A stretch of 64,000 nucleotides of DNA from Callorhinchus milii (taxonomy: Eukaryota), in the NCBI RefSeq assembly GCF_018977255.1, contig NW_024704743.1, positions 48,486,001 to 48,550,000 of the forward strand, in the 5' to 3' direction. Under the pieces are notes generated by a model. The model was given only the letters and a program-made list of their open reading frames with translations, was not told where the DNA came from and did not search any database. The first letter of the stretch is position 1; the number at the start of each line of letters is the position of its first letter. Positions 51,281 to 62,370 of the stretch are shown here, one piece after another. Both the position numbers and the translations under genes were made by a program.

Positions 51281-51729
51281 AGTGTGTGTTGGGGTACTGC
51301 TGTAGTCAACCCAGCTAAAACTGCCTCAGCTTTCCATTGAGAGCACTGTCTGGCAAGCTTTCTCACTGCATGTCCTGCTATGACCACCCAACCAGTTAGG
51401 GCTTTGACGTACAGGGTTAACCAGAACTGGGAAGAATCCCTTTCCCCACTTTGCCCCTCCAAGTCCTGCTGATGAGCCAGGCTGGTTGGTTTGTCATCAG
51501 CAATGCCTTGGAGTACAACAGATCCGCTCAGGATCCAGACTGCCGAAACCACCCAGAAAGTTGACTTGTTCTAACATTCCATTGCCAAATACATCACCTT
51601 GGAGTCAGTTCAGCTCAATTCTGATCTGTCAGTTATTTGTGTCTCCCTAATGCCACACCTGTTAGAGGCACCTACTCACAAGTGTAAACTGGACAATGGT
51701 AGTTGATATCCTTCACAACTAATGGACAA

Positions 51730-52015
51730 ATTTAACTTATTGGCTATTTTTATTCTGTGGGTTAATCACCCACAAAATACACAAAGCTGCATTACTTTAC
51801 AGAATAACCTGTGACGCACTTTGAAACAACTCAGTAACGTGCTAAGGTCCTATATCAAATGCAAGGATTAAAAAATACATATATATATTATTCCCACATG
51901 AAGAGACTAGGCAAGTATACATTTTGTATAATTCATTATTTTAACCTTCTCCCAGCTCTTTGGGACGTCTTCCCAACATGAAAGGCACTATAGAAATGTA
52001 ATTTGTTGTTGTTGT
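51730..52015 (+). mobile_element. SINE tail (~51730-51870) and L2 tail (~51950-52015)
   Basis: TATATCAAATGCAAGGATTA, and GAAAGGCACTATAGAAATGTAATTTG(TTG)n. Confidence 0.7.
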
Positions 52016-52807
52016 TCTCAGTTATAATATTTTATAGTTTATTTCCCAATTCAATTGCAGCTCTATTATTTACTGTCTCTTAGTGATCATAAATTACACA
52101 CTAAACTATTAGAAGTGGAGTCCTTAACATTCAGGGTTATCACCTGAACAGCAGATATATTTTTCTTGACTTGTACTCCCTAAGCACAGTCTACAGACAG
52201 AGCTGTTCTTTAGATGTTGGATGGTTTGTTGTGGACTATAAATAGTCTGACAGGAGTTTGAGACTATCACTGCTTTAATATGATCAGTTTCCATTTGTCA
52301 TTTCTAATGTGTACATCAATATGAAAATGTGCTCAGACAAGAGAGTTGTTCTAGTTTCACCAAGGGAGTCAGGCTAGCTTTGCTTGTTTCCACTTGGTTA
52401 AGCTTGTTATTTGGTTTGTTAAAACTGAGGCTTTGCGTTAAATTTCAGAGACAATATCACAGTTATTCTCAACAAGCAAAGCTGCTGGGGACAGTGGGAG
52501 AAGAGATGGGAAGTACTACTCTGCAGTGCTCTCCATCATTCAGATATAGTAACTGCACACAAACTGAACAAGAAACACATGAGCTGTATTGGATAGTAAA
52601 GTGGTTTGAGTTCTCAGCGTTGAGACTTCAAACCCAGTCCAACTGATGGGATGAACATCTTTTCTCTCTGCTGGTTGAAAGAGTCCTACATGAATCAATA
52701 CATAAATAAGCTTTGCATTAGATGTAGCACCTTTCACTTCGAATGGTCATCTCAAAGCACTTCACAAGATACACTGTAAAGTGTAGTGGCTGTGTATTTT
52801 ATAGGTA

Positions 52808-53503
52808 CACAACAGCAACAACTTGCATTTATATAGCACCCCTCATGCAGGGTAACGTTCCAGAGTGCTTGACAGTGGCAGGTTGGGGGTTGGGGGGGTA
52901 AGCAGGTCAGAGAGGTAGGGAGGTGCCAGGACACGAGGATTTTGAAATCGATCCGTTCAGTGTTAGGGAGCCAGTGAAGCCTGGCTAGAACTGGTGTGAT
53001 GGGGGTGCGGGGTTTAGTATGGGTGAGTATGTGGGCAGCGGAGGTTTGGGTGAGCTGGATCCTGTGAATGGTGGAGCTGGGGAGACCGGCAAAGAGGACA
53101 TTTGAGAAGTCAAGTCAGGAGGTGACGAATGCATGGATGAGTGTTTTGACCGCGATGGGATAAGGTACGGTCGGAGGCGGGCAATGTGGCAGAGGTGGAG
53201 GAAGGTGGTCCTGGTTAGGGACTGGATGTGGGGAAGGAAGGACAGCTGTGGGTTGAACCTGACGCCTAGGTTGCACACTGGTTTGGTAAGTCTGAAGGAT
53301 AGGCCGGGGAGGTTGAGAAGATTAGAGTTGCACGATAGAAGATGTTGATGGGAGCCAATGGCTTCCGTCTTATCAACATTTAGTTGTTGGAAGTTTTCAC
53401 TCATCTAGGCCCTGATGTCCGCCAAACAAGCTGAGAGAACATCGGTGGACCTGGAGTCGCAGCTGTAGGAGAAGAAGTAGATTTGTGTGCCATCCGTATA
53501 CAT
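52808..53503 (-). mobile_element. 5'-truncated, internally deleted L2 LINE, preceded by a SINE tail at ~52710-52805
   Basis: Translation MYTDGTQIY (decayed YADD), ENFQQLNVDKTEA and VCNLGVRFNPQLSFLPHIQ. Confidence 0.88.
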
Positions 53504-53720
53504 GGGCTGGATGGCCTCTTTTTGTGCTGTACAATTCTATGATTCTATGATTCTATGATCATCGCAATTGACACTGTGATCATCCAAAAACACCACCAAA
53601 TAACCAAACATGATGACACCAAACTATGTTCCTGAGCGATGAGTATAAGGAAACTGATAGCATTCAAAGGGACCTGAACCAACTAAGTGATGGACTGAGG
53701 CATGATAGATAGATTAGAAC
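53504..53720 (+). mobile_element. CR1 3' tail with (TTCTATGA)n, plus an RT remnant
   Basis: GGGCTGGATGGCCTC..(TTCTATGA)3, then GATGACACCAAACTA (DDTKL) and CAAAGGGACCTG (QRDL). Confidence 0.7.
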
Positions 53721-54149
53721 AGATACAACAACACAACTTGCATTTATATAGCGCTCTTCACGCCGGATGGCTTCAATTGGGAGACTAGCACCAAAACAGA
53801 CATGATAGAGAAAGAGCAGGGGAATGGGTTTAAAGTTGATAACTCCAGTGGGGGAACTGAGTCCAACACATGCATGATGGGTTGAATGACCTTTGTACCA
53901 TAAATGTCCTGTCTACATTTCCTCCATATTGGAAGCAAGTATTTAATGAACATTATTGAAGGCAGTTTGATATTGACAGGAAACTTTAATAGAATGTTTA
54001 CCTTCCTCCAGCACTTTGCTAATCTCCATTTCTGATTGGGGGCAATATATAATCCCACAAATAAATATCTGGTTGGAATTAGGCACTTGCTGTTTCCGAT
54101 TCCATTCCGCAAGTACCTACATTCATCTGCCGTTCCTCAACAAATCTTC

Positions 54150-54400
54150 TGAATAATCCAGATATCCTTGAAGAGTGTTTTATCTTTTTAAATCATTCAA
54201 GTGTTATGTAGCTCGGTCTCATCAGGCCATGTTATAATATAAAGCAGTATAATACTCTTCTTCAAATCATTTATGCATTGTGTGACCAGCAGGGGACCAA
54301 GGACAGATGTCCGAACATCTCTGCTAGTCACTGTCCCCCAAGCAAGAGCTTGATCTGTTTATCATCATTCTCTGCTGCCAGATTTCAATCCAAGACAGAA
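54150..54400 (-). mobile_element. CR1 RT remnant
   Basis: Minus-strand translation SVLGPLLVTQCINDL. Confidence 0.6.
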
Positions 54401-54784
54401 GCTGAGAGTTCACATATGTGAACCCTTCATTTCAAGCAAACATAGTAAGTGACACACTGTAGATACAGACAAGCTAACAAATAGCATTCACAAAGTTTAC
54501 TACTCAGGTGACCAATGTGTATTGGAGTATTTATACATAAGCTATACTTTTAAACTTTTTCATTTGGACACTTACTAGGAATATTTTCTCTTTTTTTCGT
54601 ATACTATAGTTATAATCTCTGTTTTATCTTCACTCACTTAACACTATTCACTTGAGCGAAGAGATCCCCCCCACACGCATACATTTATTGACTTATACTC
54701 TTGTCTGATCATGGAGTGGCATTGATTGCAGTCAAGTAGATGTTCAAGGTTCAAATAATGAATCAAGTGTTAAGTGAAAAGAGA

Positions 54785-55060
54785 AAGAAGTTGCATTTTA
54801 GAGCGTGTTGCCATTTGCAAATGTCTTAAAGCATTTCATAAGTAATAACTGTCATTGTAGTGACTTTGTGGGCAAATGCAGCAGCCATTGGCACCAGCAA
54901 GCTGTCTCAAATACCATAAAGTAAACTATAAGTTAATTTGGAGGATTGTTGACCAGGTCAATAGACAAAACTCCTTTCTCTTTAAAATAATGTTGAGAGA
55001 TCTTTAATGTCAACCCGGACAGGCAGACAGGACTACATTTTTGTCTGATCTGAAAGACGG
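54785..55060 (-). mobile_element. Old Deu-domain SINE
   Basis: GGAGGATTGTTGACCAGG..GAGATCTTTAATGTCAACCCGGACAGGCAGAC. Confidence 0.7.
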
Positions 55061-57689
55061 AGAAAAAATGTGATTCAAAAACCTCCCACCGGCTTCTGTG
55101 AAACAAATAATTGAAATTGAAGCTGCACTGCACAACTCCTTAGTGTGTAATGTGTTTGTGTGATTCTGTTGTATATCTTTCAACAGACAGCACTGTTGCT
55201 ATAAGTTTCTTCCGTGTTGGTTTGTTACCAAAATTCTTTGATCTGACCAAATTCATTACATAATCCAGGGTTTGCATGAACACTGAGGGCCACTAAGAAA
55301 TTGATTGTAACGTCTTGAAAGGAGCACTGTGGAATGATAAATAACCATCACGGGCATGATTTCTTATCAACAGAATAAAATGGAAGCTTTTATGTGGCCT
55401 TTGGGTAGTGCTGATTATGGACATTCCAGGACTCATCTTGTGTAAGTAACTCTGACAGGACTGAAATGCAATGGGAAACACGGGAAAGATACAGCAGGGG
55501 ATCTACAGCAGAAATCATTCCAACATCAAAGCAAAACAAACATTGTAGGTCCCTGTTTGGCAATTTGAAGAAATGACAGCTATAGGTTACAGGAATGATA
55601 CAATTAAGGATCTGGCTAAACATTGCAATGTTTCTTTGAGAGCTTTTGTAACACAGAAACCTTGACATTTTCAGTATAGGAAGCCATTCAGCCCATCGTG
55701 CCTGCGCCATTTTTTTAAATTTGCCTTTTTTCCACTTTCCCATTTTCCAGCTCTTTCCACGTATCCTTTAATGTCTTTTTTTACTGTTGATAGTGTTCAC
55801 ATCACTATGTATTAACATGCTCTAACAGTATCTTTGATTTGTGTTCTGGGGAGTGAACTTGATGCAACAGTTTTGCTTTTAAGAATTTTTTTTATTTCAG
55901 GTGAACAAAAGTTCAAGTCATCAAAATAAAGACAAAAACAATCACTTCAAGAGATGATTGGTTCAGTGGAGGGCAGGGGTTAAATTTAATTTCTTCTACA
56001 TCACTGAAAACTCCATTTGCAAAAGCTGCAGTGGAACCCGAGTAATTATATGCTGAATGAGGAAAACATATCACCAGTGAAAAAATACAGTGCAGCAATC
56101 GCAGTATATTTGGTGCCAAAATATCTCATAATTTGGTGATAAATATTTTAATAAAATTACTATTTCCTCTGCATCTACTAAGTTACCTCGATTCTCATCA
56201 CCATTACATTACAAAACAAGGCAGCAACATTAACTGGGATTAAAGATTTCCTCACATTCGATTACCTCTTTCCTTCAATTTCTCCCTCTATTCAGTTAAG
56301 CAGCTGAATTCCAAGTGATTCATAGAATTATCTATGAAGTTACCAAAATTGTATTTGAGGAAAAAATGGAATTATTTTCCCACAGAAATTGAACTGTGGT
56401 CAGGCAATATTTTATATGTAGGACACTTTTCACTGTGAATTCAAAATTGTCTCTGTTGGATTGTATTAGCTTTTACCACAGTATTGCAGGGGGAGGGGTT
56501 GGTAGGGTTCTGCATGACCAGTTTGCTTAAAACTATGGTTGAATCAGTTAGTAAAAATCCACGTGTGAAAAAAATATTGCATATTTTAGATCATAGTAAT
56601 ATATTTATTGAAACAAAAAATACAGCTGCTGCAGCGTGAAGCAGATGGCGAAGCTGCTGCTCTCTCGCATTGATGTATTTTCACCCATAGTCTATGTATT
56701 GCATATCTGTCTTCTTCCAGTCCAGTGTTACTTACAGTTATTTAACTACCTTGTCTTCACCAGGAGACGAGGTTGCCACGCACTTTCACTTGAGGCATTC
56801 ATCACCAAGGTCAAAAGGTGAATATTGTAATCTATTACACCACAAGAAACCTAATGAAAAGCCCCATCATTATCCAATTTAAAGGAAGCCATGTAAAAAG
56901 ACTGCACTATAATTCAAATTGTTTTGTTTCCCTGAAGCTAAATTTGCTACATGATTGACACCTCTTGATGATAATACTTATTGATATGGTGATGTTAATT
57001 GTGTAGATATTTGAGAAACCCATATTCTTGAGGTAAATGCATGTTCTTAACCTAAGTCTGAACCTGGTTTTTCAGTGTGATTCAGGGATGAGGTAGATAC
57101 AGATAATTGAACACAGGAGGATTTTCAGTTTTATGTGGTGGAATGGAAATAACAATATATTCTGAATGTATTAGGATAACAATCCTCCAGTCTCTTGAAC
57201 CCTTTGTACTCTATGTGTCAGTAGCAAAATAAAAATGGTCTTTTTTCTGGCTCTACAAAGCAACATATTTGTTATTCAGTATTAAGTGCACTCCTTAATC
57301 TATAATGCTTTAAATCTTTCATCTGCCTATTTTACCTTGACAAAAGTACCCTATAAAACAAATTTGGCTGGAATTCAGAGGTCATACAGTAAGCATCTGC
57401 TTTTGTTATAAACTACAGTCAAATCTACCCTGTATGTGCATTTGAAATAGGAATATATCCTGGCAAAATCCTGATATGAACAGGTCTGCATCAAGCCACA
57501 ATTTGTTCCTGATTTAAAGCCCTATTCACCTGATCATTTTGCTTTTGTCCTTTTTTCATTCATTGTGGTTTGTGTTGCTGGAAAATTCATGCAAAAATCA
57601 CACTTTAGAAAGGATTTGCTAATTCTATTTTTGGTATTCTGCAATTGTGTGGAAAGGGAATGACAAAGGCCTGAACACATACTATTCAA

Positions 57690-57917
57690 CTATTCCCAGT
57701 CAGCTGATTCATTTGCTTTGTTGAGATTCGCAAAGCTCCTGCTGCTGCTAGAATTGCGGGAGACACTGTGAGAAACTGTATCCTCGCTTCTGAGGTTGCC
57801 AGCTACGAATACTAGTCTGTGTTCTCTAGGAGAAATAACAGCAAACTGGATGGAATCAAGGTCATCAACCTGAGCTCCATCATGGTCATCAAGAAAGGAA
57901 GTGTGCGCTTGAAGTGA
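57690..57917 (-). CDS. Possible terminal coding exon of an unidentified gene
   Basis: 75 stop-free codons in non-repeat DNA (SLQAHTSFLDDHDGAQVDDLDSIQFAVISP...NKANESADWE*) with protein-like composition. Pyrimidine tract plus AAG upstream, and repeat-poor AT-rich DNA downstream. Confidence 0.3.
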   Translation of the reverse strand, partial: SLQAHTSFLDDHDGAQVDDLDSIQFAVISPREHRLVFVAGNLRSEDTVSHSVSRNSSSSRSFANLNKANESADWE

Positions 57918-57939
57918 CTTATCAAGAAAAACACAATTT

Positions 57940-58133
57940 ACAGAAGGGAGTTTCTCCCGGTAACCTGGACAACACTCCCCTAAATAAAATTGATCACTCA
58001 TTCCATGGCTGTTTGTTGGACATTGATATGTGCAAATTAATGCACTGTTCACGCCCAAAATACACACAGTCACACAACTTTACAGTATATCCTGTGAAGC
58101 GCTTTGAGACGTTTCAGTAAAGCACTATAATCA
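57940..58133 (+). mobile_element. Deu-domain SINE 3' half
   Basis: GGAGTTTCTCCCGG..GTGAAGCGCTTTGAGACG. Confidence 0.8.
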
Positions 58134-58505
58134 CAATAATAATAATCGTTGCATTTGATATAGCACCTTATCACATCTTTGAAACATCTCAAAGCGCTTC
58201 ATAGAATACATTGCTAAGGTGAATTGACCATATATTTTGTGGGCAAAACGCGGCAGTCAATTGTGCACAAGTTTTCCCAGAAACAGTCGTGGATTGAGTG
58301 ACCAAATTATTAATTTATTTATTTTTAAGAGAATATTACCCCGGAAAAAAGATCCCCCAATCAACTAACGGGTTCCTACTTATTGCTAGGAAAACAGAGG
58401 CATGTGGAGTAAGGACACTTGCCCAACATTTCCCCCTGGCCGGGAATCAAACCTAGGTCCTCTCACTTGCTAGGCAAGTGCTCTAATCACTAAGCTACAG
58501 GACGC
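58134..58505 (-). mobile_element. Full-length SINE family A
   Basis: Reversed tail AATAATAATAATCGTTGCATTTGATATAGC and reversed head GTGCTCTAATCACTAAGCTACAGGAC. Confidence 0.9.
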
Positions 58506-58842
58506 TGTTCCAGCACTAACCTGGTTCTTGAATGAGTCCAATGTTGTGGTCTCAACCACATTTTCCTAGTAACCCATTTCAGATGCTATATTAAATACAA
58601 TGATTACTATTAAAGATAAGATACATATCATCAGAGGTCACCAGAGGAGCCGAATGGGCAAGATATCCTGTAACATTAGATTTTTAAATGGGTTTGGAGA
58701 CTAATTTCAGTCATAATCACAGGTACTGTGTGCTCACAGCTTGGAATCTGCTCACTAAAACATGCTCTCATTATAGTAAATAGCCTACACTGAATAGCTG
58801 CAAGTCAATTACGTGGTCAAATGTGTGTTTGATCTTATGTGT

Positions 58843-59180
58843 GATCAGAATTGTGAAGAAATCTCTTCTGGCCCATTTGATCGCATTTGTCCAGAGTACC
58901 CACCTTACCGTGCTCCCATTCCAGCACTAACCTGCTTCTTGAATGAGTCTAATGTCCCAGCCTCAACCACCTTTTCCTGGTAACCCATTTCAGATGTTGA
59001 TGACCCACTGTGTACAGAAATACTCTCTGATCACTGTCCTGTAATTGCCCTTCATAATCATGAACCTCTTTAGTCCTATTGCTTTGATGTAAATTGTTTG
59101 AGATTTACTTTCTCCAGCCCATTATAAGTATCTTATACATCGCTATGTGGTCCCCTCTGAGTTGTCTCTTTTCAAGCCAC
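58843..59180 (-). mobile_element. Old CR1 3' fragment
   Basis: TTCTTGAATGAG..CCTCAACCAC..CCATTTCAGATGTTGATGACCCACTGTGT is the reversed CR1 ORF2 end. Confidence 0.6.
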
Positions 59181-59208
59181 ATGGCTTTTCAAGTTACTGA
59201 CCATTTGT

Positions 59209-59518
59209 GGAGTCCTGCAGCTCAGTGGTTAGAGCACTCGCCTTGCAAGCGAAATACCTGGGTTCAATTCCAGTCAGGGCGAAACCTTGGGCAAGTTTCC
59301 TTACTCTACACGCCTAATAATAATCCCTCCAAAACAAAACAATAATAAATTGTTCATTTTCAATCCACGACTGTTTGTGGGACACTGCTGTGCGCAATTG
59401 GCTGCCGCGTTTTGCCCACAAATATACAGTCAATTCACTTTACAGCATATTCTGTGAAGCGCTTTGAGTCGTCTGGAAGATGTGAAAAGCATTATATCAA
59501 ATGCAAGGATTATATTAT
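59209..59518 (+). mobile_element. SINE family A, near full length
   Basis: Head GGAGTCCTGCAGCTCAGTGGTTAGAGCAC..GGTTCAATTCC and tail ATGCAAGGATTATATTATT. Confidence 0.9.
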
Positions 59519-59564
59519 TTCTCCTTTTAGGGACAGCATGCATTCAAGACTGACATTGCCTATG

Positions 59565-60330
59565 TTACAACAAAAAAATATATTTGTATAGCGCCTTTCA
59601 CATCGGGAGGACATCCCAAGGCGCTGGATAGACAGAGTTATGGACACGAGCTGAGGGTCAGGATGGGGGAGAGTGGAGGGCACGGGGGGAAGCAGAGAGA
59701 TTGAAAGCAAGGTCGAAGAGGAGGGTCTTGAGGTGGGTCTTAAAAGTGGCGAGGGAGGGGTTGAGATGGAAGGATTGCGGGATGGAGTTCCAGAGAGTGG
59801 GTGCAGAGGGGCAGAAGGCTCACCTGCCAATAGTGGGGCGAGCAAGGCGGGGTGTGAAGCAGTCCGGAGCCCGCTGAGCGGAAGGAGCGAACAGGGTAGT
59901 TAGGAGATCAGAGAGGTAGGGGGGAGCAAGACCATGGAGGACTTTGAAGGTGAGGACCAGGATCTTGAACTATCCTCTGTGTGATGGGAAGCCAGTGGAG
60001 TTGGGCAAGGAAGGGGATGATAGGGTCATGGAGCCTAGTACGGGAGAGGACACGGGCTGCAGAGTTCTGGATGATCTGCAGGTGGTGGAGGGAGGAGTTG
60101 GGGAGGCCAACAAACAGCGTTTGCATAGTCGAGCCTCGATGTAATGAAGGCGTGTATGAGGGCTTCGGCGGCCTGCAGCGTGAGACAATGTTGGAGCCGG
60201 GCGACGTTGCAGAGGTAGGGGAAGGCAGAGTGGGTCATGGGTAAGTGTGGGGTAGAAAGGATAGTTGAGGGTCAAACAAGACCCCAAGGTTCCAGGCTGA
60301 CTTAGCAAGGTGGAGTGTGCAACCATGGAT
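59565..60330 (-). mobile_element. 5'-truncated L2 LINE
   Basis: AAEALIHAFITSRLDYAN, LQIIQNSAARVLSRTRLHD and LHWLPITQRI. Confidence 0.92.
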
Positions 60331-60577
60331 GAGGGCAATTGAAATTCATGTGATGCAAAAATAGACTATTATTATTGTGACTCTTCCATGTTCACTCCTT
60401 GGCATTTGGCATAACTGGGCACTGAAATCTCCTAAGATTCCTCTCTGGAGCTCATCCCAGTAGTGTGTTTACAGAGCATTTACAGTAGAAGGTTTTAGTG
60501 TCATCACTCTGGTGCACTTCATACTTAGGCATATTAAACAATTATGAGCAAAGAGCCATTCAAAAAAGGTTTTAAAG

Positions 60578-60800
60578 CAATCCACCTAATCTTAGCCTAT
60601 AAAAATATTTTGTCATAATATTTAAGATTGTGCCAAATTGTGGAAAATTCTTCAATTCACTCTCAGTTTGGAAGCCAATTCCTTTTAAAAAGTGAAAAAA
60701 GTTGCTAAATTACGACTGAGTGGAAGAATTTGCCACAATTCTGCATGATCTTAAATTCTAAGCAAAATGGTCTTTCAGGCTATCGCTAGGTGAACTTTAG
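60578..60800. mobile_element. Palindromic MITE-like element with long imperfect arms
   Basis: TTTAAGATTGTGCCAAATTGTGGAAAATTCTTC pairs with GAAGAATTTGCCACAATTCTGCATGATCTTAAA. Outer ends are CACCTA..AGCCT / AGGCT..TAGGTG. Confidence 0.65.
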
Positions 60801-60918
60801 GACCTCAAATTTAAAGGTAAACATTTGTACATGACAAGCAACAAATACTGTATATAGTAATTCAACAAATACATAGTGCTTATATGTACAGATAGAAAGA
60901 ATAACTGTATCATTCAGT

Positions 60919-61552
60919 GTATATGTTGCAGTGAAGTTGTGAAACCAGGGATTTTATGAAATCCCTGAAATGTTCAGTAAAATTGTGAAATCATGAAATC
61001 ACTGAAATTAGGAGTCAGGGATTTTGTAAAAAAAAGTGATCATTTGATCATATTGATAACTTTGCCTTGACAGTTGTTAGCATTATCAACAAATAAATAG
61101 CACATTCTCAAAATTAATATTATATTCACCATAAACTTCATGTAATATTAAATTCACTGATGAGTCAAATGTTCATTTGTTAACACAAGTGAGGCTTCCA
61201 TGACACCGGGAGTTACATTTTAGTTTTGCTTTGAAGCCTTGTCCACACAAACAGATTGTGCTATGATAGCTTCGCAGAGTGACACTCACTTCTCCTGGTT
61301 GACGCAAGTCTCTGTTAACAATCGTTGTGGGCAGAGGTCTAATTGGTTCCTGGAATAGTGACTCCTCAGGATTGCAGCCTTCACTGCTATCCTTTATTGG
61401 TCAGTGTCTAAATCTCTATAAATGATAACACCAGAATGTTCCTGGGACCCCCTCTACCCCATCCACTGCTGAGGTCACTGTTTCACGAAATCCCTGACTC
61501 ATTCATTAATGTCAGTGAATTCATGGTTTCACAACTTTACTGTAACATATAC
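60919..61552. mobile_element. ~630-bp element bounded by long imperfect inverted repeats
   Basis: Left GTATATGTTGCAGTGAAGTTGTGAAACCA versus reverse-complemented right GTATATGTTACAGTAAAGTTGTGAAACCA (27/29). Homology continues to GAGTCAGGGATTT. Confidence 0.75.
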
Positions 61553-61584
61553 CAAAAGAAAGGTACAAAACTATATTCCATATA

Positions 61585-61690
61585 ATTATTATGAGGAATG
61601 TTTACAGCCAAAACGTTAACCTTCCTCTTTAAGGTGCTGATGAACTTACTATGGGTTTCCAGTATTTTCTGACTTTATTTCAGTTTTCAT
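61585..61690 (+). mobile_element. Degraded Penelope-like terminal repeat
   Basis: AAAACGTTAAC..TTTCCAGTATTTTCTGACTTTATTTCAG corresponds to the reverse complement of 50618-50752. Confidence 0.55.
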
Positions 61691-61867
61691 TTGCCATTTA
61701 TTCTGTAATTTCTAGTGTGATTTTCATATTATTTTGGGATGATTTATAGGAATTGTGGATGATTTACAGGAACTTGACTACTGTTCTATAGGGGTCTGAA
61801 AGTATATATAGGAGTGTGCCTGTGTGAACTATCCATATATGCCGCTATTACTCAATATTTTTGTTTA

Positions 61868-62000
61868 AGTTGGCTCAGTCGGTAGCTTGCTCACGTCTGA
61901 ATCAGAAAGTTGTGGTTTCAAGCTCCACATTTGGGATTTTCAGTTTACGGTCTATGCTGACACTCCAGTACATTGCTGGGGGAGCACTGCTGAGCATCTT
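61868..62000 (+). mobile_element. Deu-domain SINE head
   Basis: TGGCTCAGTCGGTAGC..CTGAATCAGAAAGTTGTGGTTTCAAGC..GCTGACACTCCAGT. Confidence 0.75.
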
Positions 62001-62102
62001 CAACTATATCTGTTGGGAGCCTGGTTCCAGTACTCTATGGGGGGACAATGGTTTTAATCTCCAGTCCTACTTGATACTTTCAATTTAAAATCTATAAACT
62101 GT

Positions 62103-62370
62103 ATCATAGAATCATAGAACCATAGAATCTTACAGCACAAAAGATGGCCATTCGGCCCATCGTACCTGTGCCAGCTCTTTGAAAGAGCTAGCCAACTAGT
62201 CCCATTCCTCTGCTGTTCCTTCATAGCTCTGCAATTTCTTCTTTTCAAGTACATAACCAATTCCCTTTTGAAAGCTACTATGAAATCTACTTCCACCAGG
62301 CAGTGCATTCCAGATCGTAGCAACTCTCTGGGTAAAAAAGAATATCCTTGTCTTCCCCTCTGGTTATTTT
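62103..62370 (-). mobile_element. CR1 LINE 3' fragment
   Basis: (CATAGAAT)n terminal repeat and GGCCATTCGGCCCATCG. Minus translation VEVDFIVAFKRELVMYL. Confidence 0.85.

Noticed and set aside
51465..51550. Hammerhead ribozyme at CTGATGAG...GAAAC
   Set aside because: CTGATGA is paired in a local hairpin with TCATCAGC, and stems I and III cannot be formed.
55901..55957. Plus-strand terminal exon VNKSSSHQNKDKNNHFKR*
   Set aside because: The acceptor is good, but its open phase does not fit the other candidates. The T-tract is equally explained as a minus-strand poly(A) signal.
61157..61195. Hammerhead at CTGATGAGTC
   Set aside because: No GAAA box follows the hairpin.
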